Origin: Octopus sinensis
Lineage: Eukaryota
NCBI RefSeq assembly: GCF_006345805.1
Contig: NC_043006.1
Coordinates: 71,734,001-71,798,000 of the forward strand
Direction: 5' to 3'
Length of the DNA stretch: 64,000 nt
Shown here: in pieces, positions 14,982 to 56,300 of the stretch
How positions within the stretch are numbered: the stretch's first letter is position 1
Layout: each line of letters begins with the position of its first letter
Translations under genes and position numbers: made by a program
Notes under the pieces: generated by a model
Told to the model about the DNA's origin: nothing
Database searches by the model: none
The model's input: the letters and a program-made list of their open reading frames with translations, nothing else

Positions 14982-42007
<27,026 letters not shown>

Positions 42008-42178
42008 TGGAAGTTTAAGAAAGACATTTTATTCCCTGTAAAGACGACTCGACATATTTGGAAATAATGGATACTTATATATATATATATTGCTTTTAAA
42101 TGAATTAAAATTTTGAGAGGGTTGCATCAATTTTTCTTCTTTTGATGTCAGAATCAAGTAATTGTAGATCTGGTTTAA

Positions 42179-42184
42179 AATAAA
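42179..42184 (+). terminator. Candidate polyadenylation signal of the peroxidase gene
   Basis: AATAAA about 170 nt after the stop, followed by T/GT-rich sequence. Confidence 0.45.
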
Positions 42185-43101
42185 GTTTTGTTTTGCCCTT
42201 ACTGTGTTTCCTGTTGATATTGTTTTTCATGCATGTATGATAAAACACTCTTCTTCTATAATAATAATGATAATAACAATTTCAAAGTCCGGCACAAGGC
42301 CAGCAATGTTGGGGGAGGGTGTAAGTTGATTAAATTGACACCAGTGCTTGACTTGTACTTATTTCATCAACCCCATAAAGACAAAAGGTGAAGTCAACTT
42401 TGGCAGAATTTGAACTCAGAACATAAAGATGGGCAAAATGCTGCTAAGCATTTAGCCTGACATGCTGATGATTCTGCCAGCTCACTGCCTTGTGTCAAAA
42501 CCATCACAGAGCAACATGAGATAAAATACAGAAATAATTTATTCTCAAACACATGATACTGCTAATACAATAGCATGAACAGGATTGCAGAATTTTTCTG
42601 CAATATATGGATAGTTTATCTTGTTCATGCTATTGTATTAGCATTATCATGCATTTGAGAATAATTTATTTCTGTATCTTTCAATGCATCTCAACGCTTC
42701 TAAAGCAAACTTTGTTTATTTTCATCGTATGAGATAAAGTGTTTTGCTCAAGAACACAGTGCACCACCCAGTCTAGGGATTGAAACCATGATATCGCAAT
42801 TGTGAGTGCAACACTCTAACCACTAAGCCATGTGCCCAATAATGATAATAAAGTCAAACTCTGTAAAAGTCAACTTTGCCTTTTATCTGTTTGGGGTGAT
42901 AAAATAAGTAACAGCCAAGTACTGGGGTTGTGCAGGGCACCCTGGCATTAAGAAGGGCATCCAGCTGTAGAAACTATGCCAGATCAGATTAGGGCCTGGT
43001 GCAGCCTTCTGGCTCGCCAGCCCTCAGTCAAACTGTCCAACTCATGTCAGCATGGAAAGCGGACGTTAAATGACAACGATGATGATGATTATTATCAGTA
43101 T

Positions 43102-44164
43102 CATTATTATTATTATTATTATTATTCTATGTTTGACTTTTGCTTTACATTTGTACAAGTTGGTTCCAAGTCTCACCCAGAGAACTCAAGAGGCAACAGA
43201 TTGGAAGTTCATGTTGTTGTTATGCCTAGTGTGCCATATATTTGGTTTTGTATTTAGTGTTGTACTAGTGAATGTCTAAAAAAACCATACGAAAATTATG
43301 TTTGTTTTAAAACTTGAGATTACATAGAAAGTATTTTGCGTAGGATATGAGCAGTCCCCATGAGCACTATCTTTTGAATTTCTGCCATTTTTTGGGTTTC
43401 CTGATATCTGAGTTAGGTAGCAATCAGCCCCTTTTGCTATCATTCCCAGGGCACCTATGACAACAGGTATTGTTTTTGTCTTCAGGTTCCACATTTTGCT
43501 GATTTCTATTTCAAGATCTTTATATTTGCTCAGTTTTTGGTAGGTCTTGACAGATACGTTTATATCGATTGGGACAGTCATATCAATGAGGAGGCATGTT
43601 CTTTGTCTGAAGTATTTCAATACGATGTCTGGCCTATTTGCATCTATCTTTCTGTCTGTTTGAATGGTGAAGTTCCAGAGGAGTGAGATGTGGTCATTTT
43701 GAAGCACTGGAGGTGGTTTGTGTTCCCACCAGTTTTTTTCATGGGGTAAATCCAGGTTTTTGCAAATTACCCAGTGAATATATTGTGCAGCTCTATCATG
43801 CCTGTTGAGATACTCTGTAGGCGCTAGAAGACTTCACTTGGAGACAACATGATCAATGGTTTCATTTAGTTGTTGACATACACGACATGTTGGGCTACTG
43901 CCGTTCTTTAATATGTTGGTAGTTCCTTGTTGGTTGGCATTGATCTTGAGCTGCTATGATAAGCCCTTCTGTTTCAGATTTTAAGCCAGAGGCCATTAGC
44001 CATTGATGGGTCAGGGCTTTGTCAACATCTGCATTATTCGCTCTCTTTGGGTATTTGCCATAGAGAGGTTTTTCTTGCCATTTATCATTCAGAATATCTA
44101 AGGCAGCAGTTTTAGCATGGGTTTTCATGCACTTAGCTTTTTCTGTGCTTGTTTCTTGTATGTC
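43102..44164 (-). mobile_element. R4/Dong-clade LINE 3' fragment, copy 1 (zinc knuckle + restriction-like endonuclease)
   Basis: SETEGLIIAAQDQ; LWNFTIQTDRKIDANRPDIV...IDMTVPID...KLSKYKDL...IPVVIGALG; (TAT)n tail. Confidence 0.88.
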
Positions 44165-45150
44165 TAATAATAATAATGATAATAATAATAATAATTATTA
44201 TTATTATTATTAATATTATTATATGTTTCACTTTTGCTTTGTATTTGTACAAGCTGACTCCAAGTCTCACCCAGAGACCTCAAGAGACAACAATTTAGAA
44301 GTTCTTGTTGGTGTTATGCCAAGGGTGTCATACATTTGGTTTTGCACATACTATTGATCTAGAGAATATTTAAGAAAACTATAAGTTTGTTTTAAAACTT
44401 GAGATTACATAGACAGTATTTTATGTAGGACATGGTCAGTTTCCATGAGCACTATCTTTTGAATTTCTGCCGTTTTGGGGTTTCCTGATATCTGAGCTAG
44501 GAAGCAATCAGCTCTTTTTGCTATCGTTCCTTGGGCACCTATGACAAAAGGTATTGTTTCAGTCTTAAGGTTCCACATTTTGCCAATTTCTATTTCAAGA
44601 TCTTTATACTTGCTCAGGTTTTGGTAGGTCTTGACAGATACATTTATGTCAATTGGGACAGTCATATAAAGGAAGAAGCAATTGGGACAGTCATATAAAG
44701 GAAGAAGCAATATAATGTCTGGCCTATTCGCATCTCTCTTCCTGTCAGTTTGAATGGTAAAATTCTTGAGGAGTGAGATGTGATCATTTTCGTGCACTGG
44801 TGGTAGTTTGTGTTCCCACTAGTTTTTATCATGGGGCAGGTCCATGTTTTTGCAAATTACCCAGTGAATATACTGTGTTACTCTATCATGCCTGTTGAGA
44901 TACTCTGTAGACACAAGAAGACTGCACATGGAGACAACATGATCAATGGTTTCATTTTGATGTTTACATACATATGTTGGGCGACTGCTGTTTTTTAATA
45001 TGTTGGCCAGGTAACTCCTTGTCAACATTGGAATAATTAGCTCTCTTTAGGTATTTGCCATTGAAAGGTTTTTCTTGCCATTTATCAGTAACAATATCTA
45101 AGCACGGGTTTTCGTATGCTTAGTTTTTTCTGTGTTTGTTTCCAGTATGT
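44165..45150 (-). mobile_element. R4/Dong-clade LINE 3' fragment, copy 2, in tandem with copy 1
   Basis: Homologous RLE domain (ORF 44405-44797) and the same 3'UTR; AAT/TAT microsatellite on both sides. Confidence 0.88.
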
Positions 45151-45784
45151 TTGTTATTATTATTATTATATGAGGACAGTGGATAGGCAGAATTATTAGA
45201 ATGTCAAGAAAATGCTTAGCATTATCTATTCTATGTCTTTACATTTTGAATTCAAATTCCTGCTTGGACCAACATTTGCTTTATATCTCTGGAGTTAATG
45301 AAATAAAGTACAACTGAAGTACAACTTGTGCTTAAATTAGAAACAATTATTAAAAGTGGGGGATAGGTAGAATTATTTGAGTACTGGACAAAATGCCTGA
45401 ACTCTTTCACATTCAGATTATTCTGTCAAGTATAATGCTTATTTAATCAGATTTGTTTTGAATTAATCCTACATTATCTCATAACTTTGAAATTTTGATC
45501 ATGTAATTGTAGGGTAGGTGTGAGAGGTTGGATCTGGCCAGTTTGAACATAAAACATGTAGAATATTTGGGCCAGTTATGACTAGTTTAAAGTGTTTGTT
45601 TTGAGTTTTTATGTTCAAAGCTCAAGTTCTACCAAGTTCAATTTTGTTTTTCATTCTTTTGGGGGTCATTAAAGTACCTGGTCTAGTACTGGGGTCAACA
45701 GTATAAATTAACCACCCAACTCTTACCCTCAAAATTGCTAGTCTTATGCCTAAATCAGAAACTATTATTATCGAAAGGACAGTA

Positions 45785-46688
45785 CAGGGTGTGATGGGTA
45801 AATTGTCACCATTTTATATTTTTTATTTCATGCATGTGCATTGTTTGTCTCTAATTTTGTTTATTACACAGTATAGTAGGGTATACACAGTATAGTAGTA
45901 TATAGTGTCGTAGGGTCAGTTGGGCACTGTCTGTGAAAGAAACAGCACTGTGACACAATTCGCTCTCCCAGAAATTTCGAAATGATATGCTGTACTGCTT
46001 GGCATTCATGCTGGAAGCACCAATAGGAATGTTTCAGAGTGTTAGGGTGTCAATCTGAGAACATGTACCAAGAGTGATAAAAATCAAACATCCAGTGAAC
46101 ATCATGGTGTTTTGAGTGATCACTAGTGATGGTGAAATTATGCCTCCATTTATCTTCCCACACAGCCTCACGTTCAACACGGAGGCCTACATTAAGTGCT
46201 TGAGGGAGGTAGTGCTGCCCTGAGTCAAGCAGGTGGCTGCTGGAAGACCCTATGTCTGGCAACAGAACTCTGCACCATGCCAACCAAGGAGAACCCAGTC
46301 ATGGCTGTCAGACAATTTCTGCAACTACATCACCCCTAACATCTGGCCGCCTAACTCCCCAGACTGCAATCCCCTTGATTATTATGTGTAGACTGCAGTT
46401 GAGTGAGAGACCAACAAAACTCCTTGTAACACCAAAGATGAACTGAAGTCAAGGATTATGGAAATATTCACTAAGTTAAACAAGGAGACCATCCAGAAGA
46501 GCTGCAAGAGATTCCGAAGTTGTGTGGAGGCCGTGGTTGAAGCCAATGGCGATTTTATTGAATAAATCTACTCTTTAGTATTTCAAGTTATTTTAATGTA
46601 ATTTTAGTAAATATATCTGTTAAAATGAGATGTCAGTGTTATTTTCATTTTTGCATAATTTAGACGAAAGTTTATTCACTGCACCCTG
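45785..46688 (+). mobile_element. Deleted maT/DD37D-type Tc1/mariner element
   Basis: CAGGGTG inverted ends; + strand remnants IMVFGVITSDG, VWQQNSAP and WPPNSPDCNPLDYYV with in-frame stops. Confidence 0.82.
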
Positions 46689-47284
46689 TCGATTGACCAA
46701 ACTGTTAGAGCATCCGAAAAAGTGCTTTCCAGTAACCCTTCTGGTTCTTTCCATTCTAGGTTCAAATCAGGTTGAAGTCAACCTCATCATTCATCCTTTC
46801 AGAGTCAATAAAATCAAGTGCTATTCTTTTATGCCAGGAGAGCTTAATGTTATGTAACGAACATGAGCAGAGAATCCAATCTTAGATTAGTATTAATTAG
46901 TCTAACATGATCAATATCTATGTAAACCTCAATGCATATCCTCTAAACAATATCAATAGTCTATACACCAAAGCTTCTGTAAGTAACTTCTTCAGCCATA
47001 TTGATTTAAAGAGTGCATATAAATTTCCTATACATCCAGCTTTTGAGGCAGTTAGTGAACTTGATGAATTTATCTAACCCCCATCCACTTTGGTTGCACC
47101 AACACTGTGCCAATATTTTAGAAAATTATCAACAAATTCGTTCTTAGAATGAAACTTCAACAAATTTTTGATGTAATTGCAGATGAAAACACATCCATTA
47201 ATTTTGACAAGACTTTTAGAGTTTAAGAATGCAGTTCAGCAAGTCCAACAAGTGAGATATTGCAGAAACCCATTTTTCTTAGTC

Positions 47285-47915
47285 ACATCATCATCATTTA
47301 ATGTCCGCTTTCCATGCTAGCATGGGTTGGACGATTTGACTGAGGACTAGCGAACCAGATGGCTGCACCAGGCTCCAATCTGATCTGGCAGAGTTTCTAC
47401 AGCTGGATGCCCTTCCTAATGCTAACCACTCCGAGTGTGTAGTGGGTGCTTTTACGTGCCACTGACACAAGAGCCAGTCTGGCGGTACTGGCAATGGCCA
47501 TGCTCAAATGGTATTTTTTACATGCCACCTGGTAACGATCATGCTCAAATGGTGCCTTTGACATACCACCGGTGCGGAAGCCAGACAGCTGCTCTGGCAG
47601 TGATCCTGCTCGGATGGAGCTCCACTGGCACAGGTGCCAGTCATCGAATTTGGTTCAATTTCAATTTCACTTGCCCCCAACAGGTCTTCACAAGCAGAGT
47701 TTAGTGTCCAATGAAGGAAGGTTGGCATGGGTGCCAGTCGTCGAATTTGGTTCGATTTTGATTTCACTTGCCTCAACAGGTCTTTGCAAGCAGAGTTTTG
47801 TGTCCAAAGGAAAGGTACAAATAAGTGGGCTGGCTACACCCCTGGTAAAGGTCACAGGTTATGGTCTCACTTGTGTTGCCGGGTCTTCTCACTCACGGCA
47901 TATTTTCCACATAAT
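47285..47915 (-). mobile_element. RTE LINE 3' fragment (end of ORF2 + 3'UTR)
   Basis: Homologous to 27460-28050, including the ORF-end sequence and GATGATG tail. Confidence 0.8.
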
Positions 47916-48999
47916 GAAAAAATGGCATAAGATCTCACTCTTCAATATACTAATGTCTCATGAAATTTCCAGAATCTAAAAATCCTCAACAACTGAAATC
48001 ACATAGGTTTCTTTGTAATAATACATCAAAAGGATAATTCAATAGCACTTACACAATGTACACAAAAACTGACAAATGTAGGACATTATATTATAAGATG
48101 TGGCAATCTACCATTATAAAACAGACACTATGGAAAAAGAAAAATCTTCTGATAAAAATGCTTCTCTTACAATCTGTTCTTTCCTTGAAAAGTCTTATGG
48201 CACAAGAAGCACATTAGAGGAACATGAAGTGACAATCACAATCAAAATGACAGCCCATGACATTCCACCCTCTGTCAATAATTGAAAAGGAAATTGCTGA
48301 AATTATAGAATGCACTAGAAAATTATGTGCCAAAATTTTACAGTTCTCTCCGACTAATGACCGGTTTCTTGTATTTTTAACACTTTTCCCCAGGATTTCT
48401 ATATACACTGTCCATGTTTTGCTGTTATATTCAATTATACATAATACCCAAACAAGGTATCAGACACGCCCATCAAGACCTGCCACCTTGTAAGATATTT
48501 TGGTGCTACTTTAGCATGTAGTCAACGACAGTATACATTGTCTATGCTGTGAATGATCTGATCTGGGTAATGATTAGGGTTTAAAGTGACAGGTAAGGAT
48601 TTAGAGTGGGGGTTAGGGTTTAGGGTAAGACAGCACAATAAAGTGTAAATGGCCAGGTAGACTGCATGCTAAAGTGTAAATGGCTAAATAAACCACACGC
48701 TAAAGTGGCACCAACATTTCTCTCCCCAGTCACCCATGATCAGTTGTCATCTGGGATGCGCTAGGATGTAAGATTCATAACCTACCATCTCTAATCATTG
48801 AAATTTGCCAAATTTAACCTAGGAATGTTAAATCGGTAAGGAACTCAAACCAGAGTTTTAGAAACCAATAGGAGCAATTTGCCTATGGGAAAAATATACA
48901 CAGATTTAGATAAATAAGACCGAGTATATGTTCTGAAAAGAAATCGTTATTTGCTAGTGCTGGTGGATGAATACTCATAATATATCTTCAAATTCCCAT

Positions 49000-51900
49000 G
49001 TCCAGACATGACAATCGATATCGTGATTAGTCATCGACTACCGCTATTTCCTATGAGCGATTCATCAAATTGCATTCATTCACATCGGGGCATGCAGTTC
49101 GAAGGAGATGAAATCAATAAATTTCTCCTTGTGTATTCAGCGCAGACATAGTGTACCTAGAATTACATTTAGATAATGTAAATTTTCTTTTTCATTATTT
49201 TTATTAAGATAGAATGTGGTGTGAGGGATATTAAGCTGCTATTTCTAAGTGGATTTTTTTTTACGAGTCGATAAATTAAATTTCAGAGACATACGAAGGG
49301 ATGCTGAAAAGTTTCTGGCTTTGGGTAAAAGAAAATACAGGGGGATCAGTTAATTAAGATTTTATTCAACATATTCCCCTATCTGGTTCACTTATTGCAG
49401 CGGTCCTTCAGTTTTTCTAAGCCATATAAAAGAACTCGGAAGATTGGGCCTCCAACCAAACCTTTCGTGAGACCCTTAAAACCAAGAACTATTCAGCACT
49501 CCCTCGTACTGTGTTGATCAATATTCTTATAATGTGCGGAATATTTTAAACATACATGGGCAGCAATTTCTTTTCAACACTCACGAATTCCGCAAGACGA
49601 AGTTCTCAAGTAGTCCTTACTATACACAGTTTGATCCTGGGAAGTAAACAATACATATATTTATGCATGCATGTAAACATACATAAATACGTACATATAT
49701 TTATACACAAACACACACCGAGAACAAAGGGAATCTCTGCGCGATTTCCCAATCTACTAACAACGGCAGTCAAATCTCTCTTTACATATAATTACATCCA
49801 GCCTGGAAAAAAATATTACCGGGCAGTTATGATTAGAACGATCAGGGCTGGCTTGAGACTGTTTGTATTATATGAGGAGCATATATTACTTCGTATTTGA
49901 TATGCAAACCTCAAAATGCCGAGAATTTCGCAAATACGGTCATTCCACCCTTTCTAATTTCAGATCCTTCCAGTATTTACAACTAAGTCTGTAATTAGTT
50001 GGTCGTCCTCGACTCAGTAACCTTCCTATTAATAACCTCAGTCCGTACAAATATAGATTTGGCAACTGCTGCTCTGTTTTTACTGCGCTTCATTTGTGTA
50101 TGTGCATGTTTTCATATACAGGAACATGTGCGCGCGCGTATGTGTGTGTATATATATATATATTAGACGAAGAACAGATAATCAAGTAGATAATCACAGA
50201 AGAATTTTAAAAAATCATAAAATTTATGAATGAAATATTATTATCCTTTATAATTACATAATTTTTCTTTTCTATATTCACAATTGAGAATAAATTGTTA
50301 TAATGTTATGCAGTTAAAAAGAAAGATTTCCAGTCATGAGAAAGCGGCGACTTCTTAAAAACGGTGAGACATTAGAAAATTCCGGTATTTAGTTTTGTTC
50401 CTCTACGCGTTGAGTTCAAATCACACTGGAGGCAACTTCATTTCCTAGCCTTTTCGGTTTAACAAACACTGCGATTGATTTAATTGACTAGTTCATTTTT
50501 TTAAAAATTCATAACACTGTTTCAATGTGATAAACTGACAAAGAAAAATAAACTAGAAAGAACTTGTGATCGAGGTCCCCAAACCAATTTTAGAGAACAT
50601 TCATGAAAGAGAATCTCGAGTGAAGTGAGGATAAGATGACGTTTCAGCTTTGAAGATGTCAAAGTTTGTTGGGTGTCTTCGAAGAAGGACTATGTTTGAA
50701 AGGTCTGAGTTCAAGAAATGTTATCTTTTATTAATAAATTAACGTTTAGTTCTGTCTTACAATATTTTGACTTAATTTTTCCACATTCTTTGTAATAGTC
50801 GTCTAAATAACTATCAATAATATACTAGAGTCAATTCATCGCCTAAATTTCTCTAGAAAAAATAGCCTCATGCCTTGCAATAGAAATTATTGTTATTATT
50901 GAGTAATTAAAGGAAAGGGAAAATTGGAGGTCCAATACAAATCAGCTCTAGAACATAAGCAAACGTGAAAATTAACGACTATCGCGACCTTGTTTCACCT
51001 TAGTATCACTTACAGAAAGATATTCCTCCACAAAGAAAGGTTTAAAAAAAAAAAAACTGCGATCCAAGTAAACTGGTGATGGTATGAGGCCGGCAAAATA
51101 AAACAAATAAAGAACCAGTCAATAAATTTCATAAAATAACGAAATAATGAAGCGAGATAAAGAGAGGTGAGTTGTGACATGTCGGAAAGCAGGTATCTCT
51201 GTCAATAAATATTGGATTAAAATTTTAACATAAGGCTAGCAATTTCGGGGGAGGAGGTAAATCGATTACATCGACTCTAGGGCTCAGCCGGTACTTATTT
51301 CATCTACTTCGACCTTGAAGGAATTTGAACTCAGAACGTAAAGAAGAACGAAGTACTGTTAAACATTTTGCTCGGCGTATTAATGATTCTGCCAGGTCTG
51401 TATGTTGAATCAAATTATAAAACGCTTAACGGAAACTTTACTCAGACGGTATTTTCTATATCAAGCACCGGTTAAAAATAAAAAAAAAACTCTATAACTC
51501 AATGGTGGGGGGCAGCATACACGTGGAAATCGAACTTGGCTCAGCTGTTTTGATTTTCTTTTATGTTGGAAATTTACCCATTTGACTTTCTCTTCTTCAA
51601 CCAACGGGACAGAAGAGGGAAAGGAAAAACAGAAGTTATTTCGGCAGATCGTCAAAGACTAAAGAGAGCATTGAGCGCTAAAGCATGGATAACCCTCGCA
51701 AGCGGTGAGTCCGTCTGGTTCTAGACTTGCTTTGCAAACACTTGGCGAAATGTTAAGCTCTTCTACTGGAATCTGTTATTCTAATTTTTCTCTATTGTAG
51801 CGCCTCGTAATTATTACTGAAAGATCATAGGAATTAGTTCCTCCAAACTACCATGGTGTTCTGTTCTATCTGTCTGTCTATCTCTCTTTCTCTCTCTCTC

Positions 51901-52016
51901 TCTCTCACACACAAACGTCGAATCTAATCTGTTCTGCGTATGTGTGCGCGCATGTATCTATATATTTTGAATGCAAAGACGCACACACACACATCAATAT
52001 ATACTCTGTGCATACA

Positions 52017-52058
<42 letters not shown>

Positions 52059-52150
52059 GTATATATATTGTATACATCATCGTTTTAACATTCGCTTGTT
52101 CATACTTGCATGGGTCGGACGGAGATTATTGAAGTAGTTTTCCTCACGGA
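49000..52150. promoter_or_regulatory. Relatively CpG-retaining region around the putative PRMT first exon (promoter-like)
   Basis: Visibly more CG dinucleotides than the CpG-depleted flanks (judged by eye, not computed); contains the ATG exon 51685-51704 with a GTGAGT donor. Confidence 0.45.
49294..49506. mobile_element. mariner-type MITE
   Basis: TA-CGAAGGGATGCTGAAAAGTT / rc TA-CGAGGGAGTGCTGAATAGTT inverted ends. Confidence 0.7.
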
Positions 52151-53108
52151 TGCTTTTCCTGTCACCAACTCTCACTTGTTTCAAAGCAAGGTAATAGTTC
52201 TACCTAGCCAGGTGTGTTTTCGCAGTATATTTGAAATGAATGATGATAGTATGATTGTATCATAGTCACACTCATTTACAATTACCACATGATGTCAGGA
52301 CACAAACATACATACAGTCACATAAATACACACATGCGACGGATTTCTTTCAGTTTCCGTCTACTAAATCTACTCACAATGCTTTGATCATTCGGAGACA
52401 AAGTAGAAGACACCCATGACACCATTGCGTGGTTCCTTTGGGTGAGTGTCTTCTGCTGCAATCTCAGGTTAACCAAAACCTTGTGAGTGGATTTGATAGA
52501 CGGAAACTGAAAGAAGCCCGTTGTTTATATATGTGTCTATGCGCGCGCGCATTACTGTCTCCTTGCCTTGACATCACGGGACAGTTGTAAACAAATGTCA
52601 CTGTAATGCAGGCGGTTTCCAGTATTTTGTGAAAACGTGTGGACAAGGGGAAATATTACCTTACTTGGAAACAGATGAGTGTTGGCAACAGGGAAGGCAT
52701 CCAGTTGCTGTAAATCTGCCTTAACAAATTCCATCCGACCCATGCGAATATCGAAAAGTGGATATTAAAACGATGATATATAGGGTTGGTCAAAAGTTAC
52801 CTGACAGTAAATCAAAACATTTAATTCCAAGATTTATTTATGTTTAACAACTGATGAATTTAATAAAAGTAACTAAATATGAAACATCTTGAAAATTGTT
52901 CAAACTGAAGTCCTTCAGCGACATATTTTTCCATTCGAGTCAATAAACAGAATTACAGATAGTAGTTATGGAATTTTGATTTACTGCTGGGTGACTTTTG
53001 GCCAACCCTATTTATATATATATATATATATATATAGTGTGTGTGTATATATATATATAGAGAGAGAATTATATATATATATATACCTTGAGGAATTCTC
53101 TCTCTCTC

Positions 53109-53184
<76 letters not shown>

Positions 53185-53242
53185 TTATATATATATATAC
53201 CTTGAAGAATTCTCTCTCTCTCTATATATATACACACACACA

Positions 53243-53323
<81 letters not shown>

Positions 53324-56300
53324 ATTCTTCAAGGTGGTGCCCCAGCATGGCCACAGCCAATGACTGAAACAAATGAATGGTAAATTGAATGAAATACAGG
53401 TACTTGTACATTGGTATAAATGATACAAGTTTATTTAAACGGTACTGTGCAAAGTGCCAGCAGACTAGTCTGGCAACTGCAGGAATTTCAAGTTTCTGCT
53501 GGTAAATTAATATGAATGATAAGATGTTCCAGTGTCTGGGAAGTCAGTGTTGTTACCTGTATGTTGTGGAGAATATATATTATATATATAACAGATGGTG
53601 CTATTAAGTTAGGTATGGCCAGGGCCAATTTTTTGCTGAAACATATTTATGTTTGTATGTATGTATGTATTATCATTATCAGCATCCCTCAAAGTCTGTC
53701 TTTCATGCTGGCATGTATTGGACAGTTTGACTGGAGCTGGGAAACCTGAGAACTGTGTCAGGCTCCACTGTCTGTTTATCATCATCCATTTCATCATCAT
53801 TTACAGAAGTTTCAGTCAGAAATGACCATGAAATTGTTAATTTCAGACCATTGCAGACACAAAATTTTGGTTTCAAATTTTGGCAGAAGGTCAACAATTT
53901 CATGAACGGGAGCAAGTTAATTACATTGAGCCCAGTGCTCAACTGGTACTTATTTTATTGACCCACCCACCACCACCACAAAAGGATGAAAGGCAAAGTC
54001 AACCACAGTGGCATTGTTGACATAAAATATTGCTTTCAAATCTAGCAATTTTTGGAGAATGGGTAAGTCAGTTACATCGGCTGCAAGTATTCTGCTGGTA
54101 CTTATTTTATTAACCCCCAAAAGGATGAAAGGAAAAGTCAACCACAGTGGAATATTGTTGACACAAAATATTAAAAATAATTAAAGAAAGACCAGTTGAG
54201 GAGACAGAATGAAGAGACCATGAACATGTAATGAGAACAACATTGGTGCTAAACTGTCTACTTACATTTAGATCAGTTAACTTGTGGTGAACAGTACATG
54301 ATTTAAGTACCTGAAATACAGATGTTGTACAGGCTTGCATAGTTTGGACAATTTATATCCTGTCATTGTTTATGTTCCTCCAGTCATATTTTACTATTTA
54401 AATCTATGGCTAAAACATATTTAACCATTTAGCGTTCAGATTATTCTGTCAAATGTAATGCCTTATCATTCACATTGTTTTTAATTAATCATATATTATC
54501 TCATAGCTTTGAAATTTTGATGATATGATTGTACATTTTTAGAATGGCATTGAAGGGCAGGTGTGATAGTCTGAACCTGTCTGGTTAGAAAATAAAAAAG
54601 GTAGCATATTTGGGCTGGATATGGCCAATTTAAATGTAATGCTTATTTATTCACATTGATTTGAATTACTCATGCATTACCTCATAGCTTTGAGGTTTCA
54701 ATGATGTAATTGTTTATTTTTAGAAGGACATTTTTGAGTAGGTGTGCAAGGCCAGATCTGTCTGGTTTGAACATAAAAAAGGTAGAATATTTTGGCTGGA
54801 TATGGCTAGTTTAAATGCTAAAGGTTTAAAATTCCGAGTTTCATGTAGCCCCCTCCATTCACTATCTTTATTTCACTGCCATAAGCTATCACACATCTTA
54901 CACACATCACATATTATTCTCTGTATATACTCTCTGTTGTTTCATTACCATACACACACCATATATAGTTCTGTATATACACTATTCATATTTCATTACC
55001 ATACAACGCTGCTCCTTCATCATCACTACCATCATCATTTTGCATCTGCTTTCCATGCTGGCATAGGTTAGACAGTTTGTCTGAAACTGGTAAGCTGGAA
55101 GGCCATGCACCAGGTTCCAATCTGATTTGGCATGGTTTCTATCGCTGGATGGCCTCCCTAACACCAACCACTCCAAGTGTGTAGTGGGTGCTTTTTATGT
55201 GCCACCAGCACAGGTGCCAGTTACATGACCTTATATACACACCAATCATAGTGTTTTATATACAATGTCTATGTTTCACTGCCTTTTACTATTACATACA
55301 GTCTTCTATATATATATATCCTCTGATATTTCGCTAGCATATACCATCACATATCTTATAACACACCACATATAGCCTTCTATATATGCTATCCATGTTT
55401 TGCTACTATATCCAATTATACGTAATACCCACATTATATACAATCATATACAGGGAATGTTTCACATTTCACTACTATACCTCATTGTACACCTTTTATT
55501 TGTTATATGCAGTTCATATTGAGAAAAACTAGTTTTATCATAAAGGAAATGAGATCTATCTACAACTTGCAGTCACCCATCACAGCAGTTCATGACCTGA
55601 ACACATGGCTGTTTGCATTGTTAATTTCTCCATTGCAAATGGTACATCTACACCTCAATCTGCCCTAGATTCTTTTGTATCAATAATATTGGTTTGTTGT
55701 CTGATCTTTTCCACTAGAGGAGGCAAGAAAGCTGAGGGAATAGATACTGATCAATGTGCCCATATCTAGTATACACAAGTGAAGCTGTATTAAATGAAAA
55801 AAGCCACTTATGTGTCATACTTAATGTATACATACCATTGGTGAACTGGCACTTTATTGGTTACAACGACGAGGGTTCCAGTTGAAACGAAATTAATGTG
55901 CAAGTGGCTGAGCACTCTTCAGACACTTGTATCCTTAACATAGTTCTCAGGGAGATACAGCATGACAAAGAATGTGACAAGGCTGGCCCTTTCTTAGACG
56001 GGTACTATTCATATTTTCTAGCTCCTTAAACTGGAGCAATGTGAAGTAAAGTGTCTTGCTCAAGGTTGCAATGTGCCACTGGGAATCAAACTTGTGACCT
56101 TATGATCAAGAACCGACTATCCTAACCACTAAGCTATGTTATTGCAGTATTTGTCCTGAGACAACATCTCTTATGGACATGCTATGTTAAAAATGATAAA
56201 TACTGGGAGTGAGTTGAAAATTCATCCCAACAGCAGCCAGTGGGAATACCAAATGCATTTTGGTCTTTTTAATAACATGTACTCACAGCCAGCCATGAGC

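Noticed and set aside
48501-48713. Telomere-like GGTTAGGG text
   Set aside because: Only a couple of imperfect units, inside a short element with TGGTGC(T/C)ACTTTAGC inverted ends; more likely a MITE than interstitial telomere.
50664-50710. Second hammerhead-like motif (TCGAAGAAGGACTATGTTTGAAAGGTC)
   Set aside because: Core CUGA is broken and stems are mismatched; at most a decayed Penelope-type remnant.
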